The translations under genes and the position numbers were made by a program. Shown piece after piece: positions 1 through 14,509 of a DNA stretch of 64,000 nt; position 1 is the stretch's first letter; every line of letters begins with the position of its first letter. A model generated the notes under the pieces. It made no database searches and was not told the origin of the DNA. It saw only the letters and a list, made by a program, of their open reading frames with translations. This DNA comes from Octopus bimaculoides (lineage: Eukaryota): NCBI RefSeq assembly GCF_001194135.2, contig NC_068987.1, positions 24,455,587-24,519,586 of the forward strand, written 5' to 3'.

Positions 1-63
1 ATGGAATTTCATATAATTGGGAAGTATAGTTCTTAATCACACAGCCACATTGCAGTGCTATAT

Positions 64-404
64 ATCATCATCAATGATCACTTTTCCATGCTTGCATGGG
101 TCAGATAGAATTTGTTGAAGCAGAATTTCTAAAGCTTGATGCCCTCCTGCTGCCATCTCTTGCCTGTTTCCAAGCAAAATATTTCCTCATTGCCATTTTC
201 ATGGAGGATTGGTAATGAACAACATTGCTTGTTTGTTGGTGCTGTTACAAACACACACAGGTCTCTTTCAGTTTCCATCTATCAAATCCATACACAAGGC
301 TTTTGTTGGCCTGAGGCTATAGTAAAAGACACTTGCATAAAGTATCATGTAGTGGAATGAACCTAAGACTGTATGGTTGGGAAGTAAGCTTTCCAACCAC
401 ACAG

Positions 405-405
<1 letters not shown>
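64..405 (-). mobile_element. Two degenerate SINE-like remnants (RTE-tailed family B at about 64-230; CORE-type family A at about 240-405)
   Basis: Reverse complements resemble the ...cccatgcaagcatggaaaag...gatgatgat tail and the family A head/core (agctgtgtggttggaaagcttacttcccaacc...) seen intact at 29085-29441 and 51799-52190. Confidence 0.55.
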
Positions 406-439
<34 letters not shown>

Positions 440-544
440 AATTAAGATGGTGTGGTATGGTTTGAAATAGAAATGACTGCTATTTCCATCAGATCGTGTG
501 ATCCACGAGTAAGTTTGACAGTAGTCCAGTTATGATTGATATTT

Positions 545-2369
<1,825 letters not shown>

Positions 2370-2910
2370 AATGTCATTTGTTGCTCACAAGATATGATTT
2401 TGTCTTTTATCTCAGTTTTAAGTTAAGTTGTGTGTTTTATATACTAGGCTACTGAGCACAAGGTAATAAGATCAAAACTTACTGATGGTGAAACAGTATA
2501 TTTTATCTAACAATAGAAATCAAAGTTTGAAAATTTCTGTGGTTATGCAGTGGATATAAATAAATATCTTTCAAACTTTTTAAAGGATACATTAGTTCTC
2601 CAAAATTTGAATTATTCTAAATACAACTAACCATCCCTCACATGATAGTATTCAATCTAGTTTTCAAAATATATTCATATCCATAAGGTATCACACACAA
2701 GGCTAGTAAAGTTTTCTACTTAAGTTCAACCATTAAACAAAATCATCCATGAAATGTATTTCAAATCAACTTCAAAAAATTTCTGTCAAGTTAGATAACC
2801 TCTTCACATGATATTTTCAGGGAGTAATTCTTCTGTGTTTCATATTTTTCCTCAATCCGTTGATGCCTTCTGTGAGAATTTGTCAAATCAATGTAACCAG
2901 ATAACCTGAA
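2370..2910 (-). other. Splice acceptor (AG 2907-2906) and 5'UTR portion of the G1 coding exon
   Basis: tatttcag|gttatctgg. Homologous acceptors precede G3 (17069), G4 (25142), G5 (35478), G6 (41992), G7 (54491) and occur at 63951. Confidence 0.65.
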
Positions 2911-4675
2911 ATACAGAGATAGTATCATACATGAGACAATTTAATGTCAACAGAAAGGGTGGTAGAGATATATTTCACCAGAAATACTGAAAGATAGAAT
3001 GAGAGAGAGAGAAAATTTCTACAAAGATCCATAGTAAGAAAAAAATCAAATGGAAGTTGAGTTGCTGCCAGGCATGAAGAAACAGGGCTTACACTTTGAA
3101 TGTTTTCTCTCTCTCAATAACTAGTTGTACAACATCTTTAAAGCTAGTTTTGTTAGACAACCAATTTTGTTGGATATAGTGGCAAATTATGGGGATCTAG
3201 TTTATTTCTGTAATGTATGCTGAGGATCAATGATGGAAAGTAGAAACGTGAATGCTTCACATTTACTGTGGACAATATATCTAATTTAATAACTTCAATT
3301 TATAATATCAAGTAAAAAAAAAAAAACCAGCTGATATATGAGATATATGGTCATATTGTGGTATTTGAAAGAAAGCCCACCAGCTTTAAAAAAGGAAATA
3401 TTTTTCCAATTTTCATTGAAAAATAAAGCACAAGATATGACCAGAGGGTTAAGAAAAGAACGTGTATAATATATTACTGAATTTTCGCTTCAGCCAAATG
3501 AGTTCAAGCTGTCTGCTACTCCATTTGATGTCGGATAGTGCCTTATAAAATTATCAAATGGAATTGATTATGCGGCAGTATTTCAACATACTGAGATTTT
3601 AATTTCACTCTGAAGATTTGTTAGTGCTTGACTTCTTTCCATAGAAAATTTATCTATCCAAGTGGAAAGTATCCTTAATTATTCGTACAAAAAAGCTAAT
3701 ATCGTTTGGCGGCACTTATAAGCAAATATTTCTAAAAATATACCACTTTAAGAACCATTTGAGAACCAATCGATGCCTATTTGAATAACGTCTTACTATT
3801 TGCAATACCCCGTCCGTTTACCTCAAATATCTTGGCTAATGTCTCCTTCCACTTTTTAGACTTAAGTAGGTCCTTATCGAACAAACATGATTAAAAGCAT
3901 TCTAATGGGTTTTTTTCCCCCAGGCATAAGGACATTTATCATGAAAAGATCACGTAGAAGTTTCGTTTGCTCAGGCATAATAAAGATTGGATTGGAGTGT
4001 CGAAAAACGAAACTAAATACGTACTTTCGAAAATGTCTTATTTACTTTCTTCTATCTAAACACATAAATGCAAACAGATGTACGTAGACCGACACTTATA
4101 TACAATATTATATTAATAATACTTACATATTAATAAAGCCCCAACGAGGGACATGTAATGTACACGCAAGAAATAAACACAGAGGAGGCATGGATAGCTT
4201 CAAGTGAACTTCAAGCTTTTACAGCGAACGTTAATTTTCATTTTAAGGTTCACATAATAACGAGTGCCGTCTGTATTTCATACAGAGTTCATTACCAATT
4301 AACTATAATGATCTCGGTCGTCAAAATATAAGTTATTAAGTGGAACTGAAAGTAATAATGATGTGAATCAAACAATAGCAGGAAGTGAAGTAAATTATGG
4401 AAGCAATCAGGGGACGTAACTCTATTATTAACATTACTAAATATAAATACTTGAAATGAAATAAAATTATTTTGCTGGGAGATCTATATATTCACCTCAG
4501 TTAGTAAAACCCTAAATGGCTAATGTTTTACAAGTACACCAGCACGAAAAAAATCAACTTTTGTATTTTTGAAATTTTTTCAGCGGATTCCTATGTTTTC
4601 GATTAAGGAGAGGCAAGACTTCCTTTTGTACCCCACCCCTTTATTATTATTTTTTTTATATATAAACTCCCGTTT

Positions 4676-4770
4676 CCCCGTTTTCGGCTACGGAGAATAT
4701 GAATCTGCAAAAAAATTGGCAAAAATCGGTATTTAGAAATTTTCCGGAATCTCCGTATCCGAAAACGGGG
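4676..4770. repeat. Inverted repeat, 21-bp arms (1 mismatch), about 53-bp spacer
   Basis: ccccgttttcggctacggaga (4676-4696) vs tctccgtatccgaaaacgggg (4750-4770). Confidence 0.8.
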
Positions 4771-5814
4771 GTTTTTGGCAACAAAAAAAAAAGAGGCGGG
4801 GATGGAGGGGGGAGACGGGAGGAAGTCTTTCCGAAGGAAATTCTGAATATGTCAAAAACCGTGTTTTCAAAATTTCCAATTCCCCCTCCTCACCCCAAAT
4901 TTTAACTATTTTTTTTCACTATTCACATACACAAAGCATTGCATAAAAACGATCCAAACTTGAGTTGAAAAAAAAAAACCCTATGACTCAATGTTGCGAG
5001 AGAATATCTAGCACTAATTCACACTGCTAGCTTTTGGACATTGAATTTCCTCCTCTATTGTACCATTTCAGTCTTCCATGAAAATCTGTCTGGCCATGGG
5101 GAAAAAAATTATTTGGAAGCAGACGAGTGTCAGCAACAAGAAAGGCATCTGGCCATTGAGTATCTGCATCAATGGATTTCGTTTGATTCCAGCAATCATG
5201 AAAAAATGGATGTTCAAACGCTTATGATAACCATTATCATATACATGATGCACTTCTGCACAGTTTCTTTTTACTGAATTCCACTCATAAAGCATCGATC
5301 ATGCTGAGGTTATAGTAGAAGACACACACTAAAGGTGCTGTGTAATGGGAATGAACCAGGGAATACATAGTTGCAATGCAAACTACTTAACCATACATCT
5401 ATGCCAAGTATGACTATTAATTTTGGAATAAGGACATTAATTCCATTTTTATGGAAACTCAAATGAGTTTTAATAATTTTAAAATAAAAAATCTGGATGT
5501 TTATTTTAATCAAATCACAATAGTTCTCATGTATACCCTCCTCCATCCTCATCAATTGAACTAACCTTGTTTTTTATTTATCCCAATATACATGTCAATA
5601 TCCACCAGCTCCTTCTTCTGCATTCCCTCACCTTGTATTTGTGTTCACCAGTTCAACTGATATAGATCCTGTGACTCATGTTAAATAGAACTTCTTCCCA
5701 TGCCTTTACTTTTCTCATTTATATCCAAACTATTAAGTCATCAACTTTTTAGTGTTGCAGACCCACACTACATTGATTGGAATTAGCTGTGACCATTCCA
5801 TTTCTTTCAGGTAT

Positions 5815-7341
5815 AGTCTATTCATGACTACACTACACCTTTTAATATAATGTCTCATCACATATATCACTTGGTATGGTTTTTCCCCACCAGTGAGTAC
5901 ATTTGTGGAATTCAAACACAATTATGAATTTTCTCATAATTGTGTTTGAGTTTTTACTACAAATATCACAGTAGTATGGTTTCTTGGCTGTGAGAGTATT
6001 TATGTGATTGTCAAAAGTTTCAGTCTGAGATAAGAATTTACAAAATTTTATGTTTATGAACAGTTTAAAAAAGCTAACAAGAGAATTACAGATATCACAA
6101 TTGTGTGGTCTCTTATCTGTGTCAGTACAATTGTGAAGAGACAGAATATGATTAGAAGACAAAGTTTCATCACAGATGTGGAAGGTGCACAGGTACAATA
6201 AATGCTGAAAATGCACAAAAAATAAACTCTATCAACTGCCAGGGGTGCAAGCTAGAGGTAGTAGATAGCTTCCATTATCTAGGTGACCAAGTTAGTAGTG
6301 GAGGTGAATGCTCTGAGAGTGTAGCTGTGAGAATAAGATTAGGCTGGGCAACAAAGGGCCTCTCTCTCAGAGTGAAAGACCAATTGTCTGATGCCTGTGT
6401 GCAAACAGCTATGCTGCATGGCAGTGAAACATGGGCTATGATAGCCAAAGACGTGCGTAGGCTTGAAAGAAATGAAGCCAGTATGCTTCCCTGGATGTGC
6501 AATGTCAGTGTGCATGTTTGACAGAGTGTAAGCATCTTGAGAGAAAAGTTAGGCATAAGAGAAATCAGATGTGGTGTGAAAGAGTGACGACTGCACTACT
6601 ATGGTCATATGATGCAGATGGACGAGGACAGCTGTGTAAAGAAGTGCCAGTCTCTAACTGTGGAGGGAACATGTAGAGGTAGACCCAGGAATACATGGGA
6701 CGAGGTGGTGAAGTATGATCTTTGAACTTTGAGCCTCACAGATGCAATGACTGGTGACCGAGACCTTTGGTGATGTGCTGTGCTTGAGAAGACCTGTCAA
6801 GCCAAGAGCACCCATGCTTTTGGCACATAAAGAGCATCTTCTGACGTTGGGCCTCATGGAGACAAAGTGGCTGAGCTCCTTTTGAGTGTTGGGCCTCACA
6901 GAGGCAATGACCATTATGTCATGTTTGAGAAGACCCATCAAGCCAAGTAAAATTGCAGTCATATTGTCTCTTATCTATGTGGATATGGATGTGACAAGTG
7001 AGTTTTCTGAGAAAATGTCTTACCACAGATACGACAGTAGTAAGGTTTCCCGCCCATGTGAACATGTATGTGACAAATTAATTCAGAATTCCTAGAAAAA
7101 ATTTACCACAGATTTCACAGTTGTTTTCTTTTGTCAGTTTGTGACTGCGTCTGTGAAGTATCAATTAACCATTATGAGAGAATGTTTTATCACCAAAATC
7201 ATAATGGTAAACTTTTGAATTTGTGTTTACTGAGGTCTTTACATTTCCTGAATGTCATCGTATGTCTCAGTTTGGTAAGGAAATTCATTATTTTTACATT
7301 GTGTTTCCTCAAACTTGATTCTCACACTGTCTGTCCTCCAT
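5815..7341 (-). pseudogene. G2: ZNF pseudogene, tandem paralog of G1, split by an RTE insertion
   Basis: Start context atggaggacagacagtgtgagaatcaag matches G1 atggaggagagactatgtgagaatcagg. About 250 bp of upstream similarity. Degenerate fingers at 6965-7250 and 5815-6225 (HNCDIC, KKPYYCDICSK) with stops and frameshifts. Confidence 0.8.
6228..6962 (+). mobile_element. RTE-clade LINE, 3' fragment (RT end and C-terminus)
   Basis: KLEVVDSFHYLGDQVSSGGECSESVAVRIRLGWA; AMLHGSETWA; RLHYYGHM; GRPRNTWDEVVKYDL. Confidence 0.85.
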
Positions 7342-7595
7342 AATGTTATTTGTTGCTCAGAAAATACAAATGTAATTCCTTATATACATTTTTTTTAAAA
7401 ATCTAGAAGTGTTTCTGGCCGATCAACTGAGGTTAACATGCTAAACTACTAAGAGGCCATGAGATCAAAACTTTCTGGGAATGATACATTTTTTTTTAAC
7501 TGACGATTGAAATTAAGATCTGAAATTTTTGTAGTAAGGTCTTGGATATGAATAAAATTTTTCAAATACTTTTTGGACACATTCATTTTCACATA

Positions 7596-8010
7596 CAGGG
7601 GTTGGACAAAATAATAGAAACACCTAGCATCATAGCGTCATAATTTTGAAATATCTATAAAACCATCAAAAGCTTGTTTATTTTTATGTTTTTTGATTTA
7701 TTAGTGTTGCTTAATATGTTTTGCTAAAATTGCTGTTTCTTTTCAGATATCATCAGAAAAAAGTAATTAAAATTCACTAAAATGACAGATCTATCGGACT
7801 TCCAAAGAGGTCAAATTGTTAGTGCTTGTATGGCAGGTGCTAGCATAACGAAAACAGCCGAAATATTTGGTGTATCAAGAAGTACTGTCTCGAAAGTAAT
7901 GACAGCCTTTGAGAAAGAGGGAAAAACCTCCTCATCAAAACAAAACTCTGGAAGAAAACCAAAACTTTCAGATAGTGAACATCGAACTCTTACAAGAATT
8001 GTTAGAAAGG
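7596..8010 (+). mobile_element. Tc1-family transposon, 5' fragment (left TIR plus N-terminal HTH)
   Basis: TA|CAGGGGTTGGACAAAATAA terminus; ORF 7782 MTDLSDFQRGQIV...ETAEIFGVSRSTVSKV-type HTH (ASITKTAEIFGVSRSTVSKVM) and SGRKPKLS linker; truncated before the catalytic domain. Confidence 0.85.
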
Positions 8011-8031
8011 ATCACTATGCCATATGCCCAC

Positions 8032-8265
8032 GGGCATATGGCGTAGTGGTTAAGAGCGCGGATTACTAACCCCAAGATTCTGAGTTCGATTCCAGGCAGG
8101 GACCTGAATAATAATAATAATAACAACAACAACATCGAAAAATACCTTAGGAATGAGAACCCAAGTTCAAAATTTCCCCAAGACACCTGATGAAGGCTGG
8201 AGGGTATATCACCCAAAACGTTGTGTTAGCAACAAACAAGATGAGAACAAATGTAAATAATGTAA
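8032..8265 (+). mobile_element. Short tRNA-headed element with a hammerhead-bearing Penelope-like tail
   Basis: A box tggcgtagtggtt, B box gagttcgattcc, an (AAT/AAC)n tract, then acac-CTGATGA-aggctg...aaaacgtt-gtgt. Confidence 0.65.
8182..8227 (+). ncRNA. Minimal type I hammerhead ribozyme motif (probably inactivated copy)
   Basis: Stem I acac/gtgt, CUGAUGA core at 8187-8193, stem II ggctg/cac(g)cc with one mismatch, GAAA core reads AAAA, palindromic stem III AACGUU. Confidence 0.5.
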
Positions 8266-8471
8266 ATAAGAGAGATGTTATTGTTTCACTTTTGACATGT
8301 AATACTGAAAAAGTGTAAGAGATTGCTCTGGGCTCACATTAGGCAAGAAGTTGAAAATTGTTTTGGCTCATGACACTCCATGGGCCCTAAGTAATGGATG
8401 TGTAAAATTTGAATGAAATCAGTTGGGGAGTTCTTGACTTTTAGTGATGCACACATACACAGACAGACAGA

Positions 8472-9170
8472 CACTCTCATGGAATGTAACCAAACGAAGT
8501 TTATTTTTCAACATAGTCCCTCTTGTGGTTCACACACTTCTTCCATCAGTGTTGCAATGCTTGTATCCCATTGTTGAAGAAGCTGTAGGAAGCATGTTCT
8601 CTCTTTACCTTTATGTACCCACATTTTGGCTCATCACGTGATGGTTGAGTGTTAGCTATACATGGGCTGTCCAACACATCATGTGACAGCCTAGCCAAGC
8701 GCAACACTATCAGCTATGTAGGGGAAGCTTTTCCCACTAACTCCTCAGTGAAATGGTTCGTCACGATGGAGTTCAGATCTTCGGCATGAGAACAGTTTTA
8801 TTCTACTATGCATTCGCAATGAAGAGAGATTCTTGTGGTTTTCCCACGTATATTTTCATCTTCAAGAAGTACGAGGAACACATGTATTTTAATTAACAGA
8901 ATTATTCATGTATACCAGTTTGCTGTATTTTCTTTTACCAGGAAAATAGATGTGACACTCAACTTTAACTGGTCTTCGTATTTCTTGATGTTCTTTATCA
9001 TGACTCTTATAAAGCCAGAAGATTATGTTACCAGAGCCTTGGCCACATGCATCTTTTCCACCTTGCTAAAAAGCTCTCATCATGCCGGTAAAAAAGTAAT
9101 CAACAGCAGATATGACGTCGTCATCACTGCGATACTGGTTCACAGCCAAGTGTTTTTTTGTGTTGTTGCA
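8472..9170 (-). mobile_element. Mariner transposase C-terminal fragment split by a solo LTR
   Basis: 9075-9170 encodes KKHLAVNQYRSDDDVISAVDYFF..DES; 8490-8583 continues SFFNNGIQALQH*WKKCVNHKRDYVEK*. Confidence 0.8.
8584..9070. mobile_element. Putative solo LTR (487 bp) with 4-bp TSD AAGC
   Basis: Starts TGTAGGAAGC, ends CCTTGCTAAA (one change from ...CTACA, 8/10 terminal IR if that is restored). TSD aagc at 8580-8583 and 9071-9074; removal restores the mariner reading. Confidence 0.7.
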
Positions 9171-9541
9171 TATCGCTTTGATTAGCACAAGACAAACTTA
9201 ACCATAAAACGAGCGTTGGATATTTCCTCGGTTCTGGTGTCGGTTGGGTTGTCCAGTAACGACAGAAAGAGGCCCACCCATTGCTCTTTGGGTCTTTTGG
9301 CAGCTGCTGTGTATAAAATAGTTTCGTACATTTTTATCAATATACACAATGGCAACAGTTGCAGAGTAATGCGAGAGCAGGTATACATACATTTATTTAT
9401 ATAGTAACTATGTAACTGTATCCTCTTAACACCGGCTCTCTCTCTGTCCACTTACTGCATTTCCCCCGCCCTTTTGTAAGCACATGAACTTATTTACCCA
9501 CCCTCTCCGGTCCCCTGTCCACTTCACTATATACACCTCCC

Positions 9542-9920
9542 NNNNNNNNNNNNNNNNNNNNNNNNNNNNNNNNNNNNNNNNNNNNNNNNNNNNNNNNNNN
9601 NNNNNNNNNNNNNNNNNNNNNNNNNNNNNNNNNNNNNNNNNNNNNNNNNNNNNNNNNNNNNNNNNNNNNNNNNNNNNNNNNNNNNNNNNNNNNNNNNNNN
9701 NNNNNNNNNNNNNNNNNNNNNNNNNNNNNNNNNNNNNNNNNNNNNNNNNNNNNNNNNNNNNNNNNNNNNNNNNNNNNNNNNNNNNNNNNNNNNNNNNNNN
9801 NNNNNNNNNNNNNNNNNNNNNNNNNNNNNNNNNNNNNNNNNNNNNNNNNNNNNNNNNNNNNNNNNNNNNNNNNNNNNNNNNNNNNNNNNNNNNNNNNNNN
9901 NNNNNNNNNNNNNNNNNNNN
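9542..9920. other. Assembly gap (others at 10668-10677, 18735-18988, 35938-35947, 36968-37713, 46318-46914, 55628-56354, 58426-59350)
   Basis: Runs of N. Confidence 1.
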
Positions 9921-10570
9921 CCAAAGCAAACAGGAGAGCTTGTTGCAGTCTTCTGACTTGCCAGCTTCTGTTGAAGCATCCAACCCATGCCAGCTTGGAA
10001 ACAAGACATTAAATATGTTATTGATATATGAGAATGTTTCTCAGTTATTCACATAAAATATCAATCTAAAACAACATTACCATTTCTGTTGTAACATAGA
10101 TTATGAGAATTTTAAATGAGTTTTTTTAATTAAAAATACCACTGTATTTCTTGATGGTTTTTTCCAGTCATTGATTTTGAAAGTCTTTCCACAATGGTGA
10201 GATTGTGATGTTCAGTTTGGAGATTAATGGGGGAAGAAACAGGAAGAGAGGTAACGCGAGAGGAAAGATGTTCTGAAGACAAAGGATTGGGTGAAATGTC
10301 TGGTATGTTCTTAAAGAGGAGAGATGGGTAAGCTTGACTGGAAAGGATTTTCAGATATTTCAGGAGAGATACCACTGTAGTAACAACATAAGTCGAAGAG
10401 AGAACAAAATGTGTCTCCATGAGATAGTGGTTGAAGCTTTGGTATTATTTGATACTTTACCCTGCACAATTTTCATTAAGAAAAAAAAAACACTTGGATT
10501 TTTTTGTGTGGAATCAAGTAGCCTGACCTTCTAATATACTGCAAACTCTTTATTTTTGTTCAGAAAAAAA

Positions 10571-10601
<31 letters not shown>

Positions 10602-10677
10602 CACTTTAGAATACACACAACATCTGTAACAGGATGTGTACAACTAGAGTGGGGTATATAGGGAAAANNNNNNNNNN

Positions 10678-10726
<49 letters not shown>

Positions 10727-10981
10727 AATAATCATATGTAGTTTTAAGCTCCAAGGACCTAGGTGTAGGAAGTTAGTAGTAAGCTTTGAGCAGTCCATGG
10801 TAGGTATAAAAAACAACTTTCAGGAACAATAATAGTTTATTAGCATAGAAGGTTGTAGGTTTTTCCCATATCGAAGTTCGATAAGCTGAAAAAAGTTTTT
10901 TTATCGTTCATGGTTAGCAACTAAGATTGCTATGAATGCAAATAAAAATCCAAATTGAAGGAGTGGAGCTGGTAAAATCCA

Positions 10982-11062
10982 GGCTACATGTTTCCTAGCC
11001 AGCAGAACCTCAGAAGTAATAATTACTCAACAAGAGGTACTCCATTAACCACTCATCAGGTT
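10982..11062 (-). ncRNA. Hammerhead motif in the 3' terminal repeat of the Penelope element
   Basis: Minus strand CUGAUGA-gtggtta...ctggcta-g-GAAA-CAUG-UA-gcc; palindromic stem III ACAUGU; stem I 5' arm mutated. Confidence 0.5.
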
Positions 11063-14000
11063 GAAGATACCTCAGTTAAATGAAGGTTACATTGTCATTA
11101 AGGAATCCCAAGTTGTAATTTAAAATGAGTGGTGATGCCAGAACAGAGTGAAAAAATAAAATAATAAAACATATGTAGGAAGAAATAAAATGGTCAGTAA
11201 TAGAAAAGGAGGTCAAAAATATGGGAGCGGGTAATTGTCTAAAGTTGTTAAGAATAAAGAAAAAGAGAGGGGGAATTTAGGTTAGATTGAAGTGGACTGA
11301 AGGGAAGGTTGTTGAGACAACTCCAGTTGTCTCAACATAAAATGCTGTTTATTGTCATCCAATCAAGGGATACGATTTTATCATGTGATGCCTTTCACGC
11401 CAACATTGTTTATTATTTAAACTTATGTCAATTTATCTGAGAGAATACTTTATTGACTATCAGGTGATGTTAGATATGCATTGACTCATTGTTGTAGATT
11501 TACTCTTTACGCCTTAGCACACTTGCTGTGGTACAGATGGTTCATTTGGCATTGTGGACAATTGAAGTTACAGTTCTCCACTTTGCACTTCGGTTTGGAA
11601 TTATTGTTGTTTCCTTTGTTCATTAATAAAGTTATTATCAGAGCACAATATCATTATTCGTCTTACGTTATAACAGTTGTTGTGAATATTAAGCTGGAGT
11701 CATTTTACTATATCAACTATCGAACTGAAATTGTCAGGAATGAAAAGAAAAGGAAGACGTCAAATAGTTAAGAGTAAGAGTAAGGTGGGTTTATTAGAAG
11801 AGAAGAGGGAGAAGAAAGAGAGGAAGGTGAGAGATAAAGTTATTAGTCATTAGAGGAACATAATTGGAGGTAAATTGGTGGCTTACTACTTAACAGTAAA
11901 ACTATATATTCAAATATCCTGCGTGCATGTTCTGTGTGCCTACAATATCCTATAGGTGTGCATACACCTGCATATTCTCATGTGCAGAGAGGAAGATATA
12001 GGGAGATCACAGAGTTAAGAAAATATAAAGGTAGCTAAAGAAGTTGTATTATAAATACATAGAAGAGCTTCAAGTTGGGGTGGGAATGCAGGAGGAATAG
12101 TTAGGGAATAATTGAGGTGGTTGCCATTATCTGTACCTTAAGAATGTGTTACATAACTTGTGTTTACAATTAAGAACTAGGTTGGTCCATTCATTCAGGC
12201 TATCGCTGCATTGCATAATAGATAAGACTTCTGTGATGCTGAGATCACGTTTGTTGTTATAGCTGTTATATGGTTTGGCAAGGGTAATGATGGACCATTT
12301 CAAATTGTATAGAACTGAGTTTTTTTTAAGCTATGAATGAGTCTAGATAAAGTTCTTGCTTGAGATTTAAAGCTAGAATAGTGGTTACCAACTCTGACCT
12401 TCAAGTTGGTGCTGCATGAGTCGATATATACATATTTGGTATCTTCTGTTGATACCATACATTTATATACAAAATTTTTTTGTGAGGCATCTAAGGGACA
12501 GGAAGTGGGACATCTACAGCTGCATAGGATTCTAGAAGGTACTAAAGTGGAGTTTGTGGGATTATGATTATCTGTGATTAACCTGGTGTTATAAGAATTA
12601 TCTTCTGTGGTGTTAGGATTGGTATTAAGATTAGGGCTGGGGGTGCTAGCAGTGGTGTTGGTAAGGAGATTTAAGGATGTTCTAAGGTTACAGGCAGGGG
12701 GCTGGGAATTAGGGTGTGCTGTATTAGTGTGATTAAAGTTAACTAATTGCTGGTTACTAAGATTCTTATTGTTCAGACGTTGGATTATAACAGCAACGAT
12801 AGTTGTGGGGGAGTAGGAAAATTTAACTGATTGGGGGTTGAAGATTTTCAAAGAGAACTGGATTTAGGGAAATGTTTTTTAAGTAGAGCAAAGAAAAGTT
12901 TAGGCACTCTGGTCTGAACATTAAAGACAAAAGGAGTGGGTGTGGAACCAGATAACATTGTGTGTCCTGGTCAGTCTATTCCATTTTAGGGGGTTACCCG
13001 AGTATGGCTTGGGGTATGGAGGCGTGCGCTGGCATGGATTTCAATGGGCAGTGGTGGATTTGGGATCTAGAATCACAGGGTGAGAGAAGTACCTATTGGG
13101 TTTGCTACTACAGTAAAATTTGGAGGAATAGGGGGAGGGTAATATATGGGGGATAGCTTGGGTTCTATCTAAGGGGACAGATGTATCGGTGGTGTGAGGT
13201 TCAGTGGGGACAGGATCACTCCATATAGTGAGGTATCTAATTGAGTTTTTTTTATATCCAACATGGTGTAAGGTGCAGCAGTAATATTCAGCGTATTGCT
13301 CGAATATTGGCCCCATTAAAGTGTAGAAGTATTTAGAAGTATCCTTGTGGGCCCAAAGTTTTTCATTAAATTTTATAATAGTTCAATGAGCTGCCAGGAT
13401 AATAATGATATCACGTCTAGTTAGGTCAGAATATTTTAGTACAAATATGAGGGCTGTGTTAAGTAGGATAGAGGATAAGCTGGAATAGTACTGGTCTATA
13501 TCAACTTGAATGAATTAGTATTTACCTTTGGGGCTTAAGGATTTAAACCATTGGATGGCTTCAGTGGTGTTAGTCCAGAGGTCTAGTGTAATTTTAAAAT
13601 GAAGTTTGGGTAGAATTCTACCAAATAGAACTTTTTTTAATCCTACTTATATCAGAGCTTGAGAGGCAGATGAGGCAAACGGAAGGATTCACAGCAAAAT
13701 TTTCTTTCTGGTCCTTTCAGTAAATATGAGGTGACTGAAGTATGGAAGGTTCAGTTCTATCTTCTAAGCCAAGATCTCTTGAGGTTGATACCTGTCAGGA
13801 CAGAGTCTGGTACAATACAGTAGTACTTGTGCAGCTGTTTAAGTATCAATTCCTGGTATGTTGTATAGGTTGCCAGTCTTGTCTGTATGGATGGATGAGG
13901 ATTCTTGAATATTTAAAAAGTTTCCTGATGATATTGTTGATCATAGGTGAGGATTGGGAGCTCTTTTTTGGGGTTTAAATTTGATATTTTAAATCAGATT

Positions 14001-14426
14001 GGTTAGGTCCTGTTCAGAATTATCCAGATTTTAGTTAGGAATGGGATTTTTATGAAGGCTTGATGAGTCAAGTTTTTGGAGTTGGTCATGGAATTGTTAA
14101 GAGAGAAGGCCTTCCACCGCATTTGGTGAATCATGATATTGTTTTATTCGTTAGGAGAATATCTGTTAGTGACAGGTTTAGCTTCATTTTTTTCCCATTC
14201 CCATGTCTTCCACACTGTTAGTGTTCACAGAATAATGATATGTAATTGTAAGATCCAAGGATCAAGGTGTAGGAAGTTAGTAAGCTTTGAGCAGTCCGTG
14301 GTAGATATAAAAACAATAATAGTTTATTGATGTAGCAGGTTGTAGGTTTCTCTCATAGTTTGATAAGCTGGAAAATCTTGGGATTCCTTAATGACAAAGT
14401 AACCTTCATTTAACTAAAGTATCTTT

Positions 14427-14509
14427 GGCCTGATGAGTAGCTAGTGGAGTACCCCTCATTGAGTAATTATTACTTCCGAGGTTCTGCTAGCTAGGAAACA
14501 TAAGTAGCC
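14427..14509 (+). ncRNA. Hammerhead motif in the inverted 5' terminal repeat of the Penelope element
   Basis: ggc-CUGAUGA-g-tagctag...ctagcta-g-GAAA-cataag-UA-gcc; stem I ggc/gcc; 7-bp stem II. Confidence 0.5.

Noticed and set aside
8032-8105. Possible functional tRNA gene
   Set aside because: A and B boxes are present but the acceptor and anticodon stems do not pair; treated as a SINE-type head
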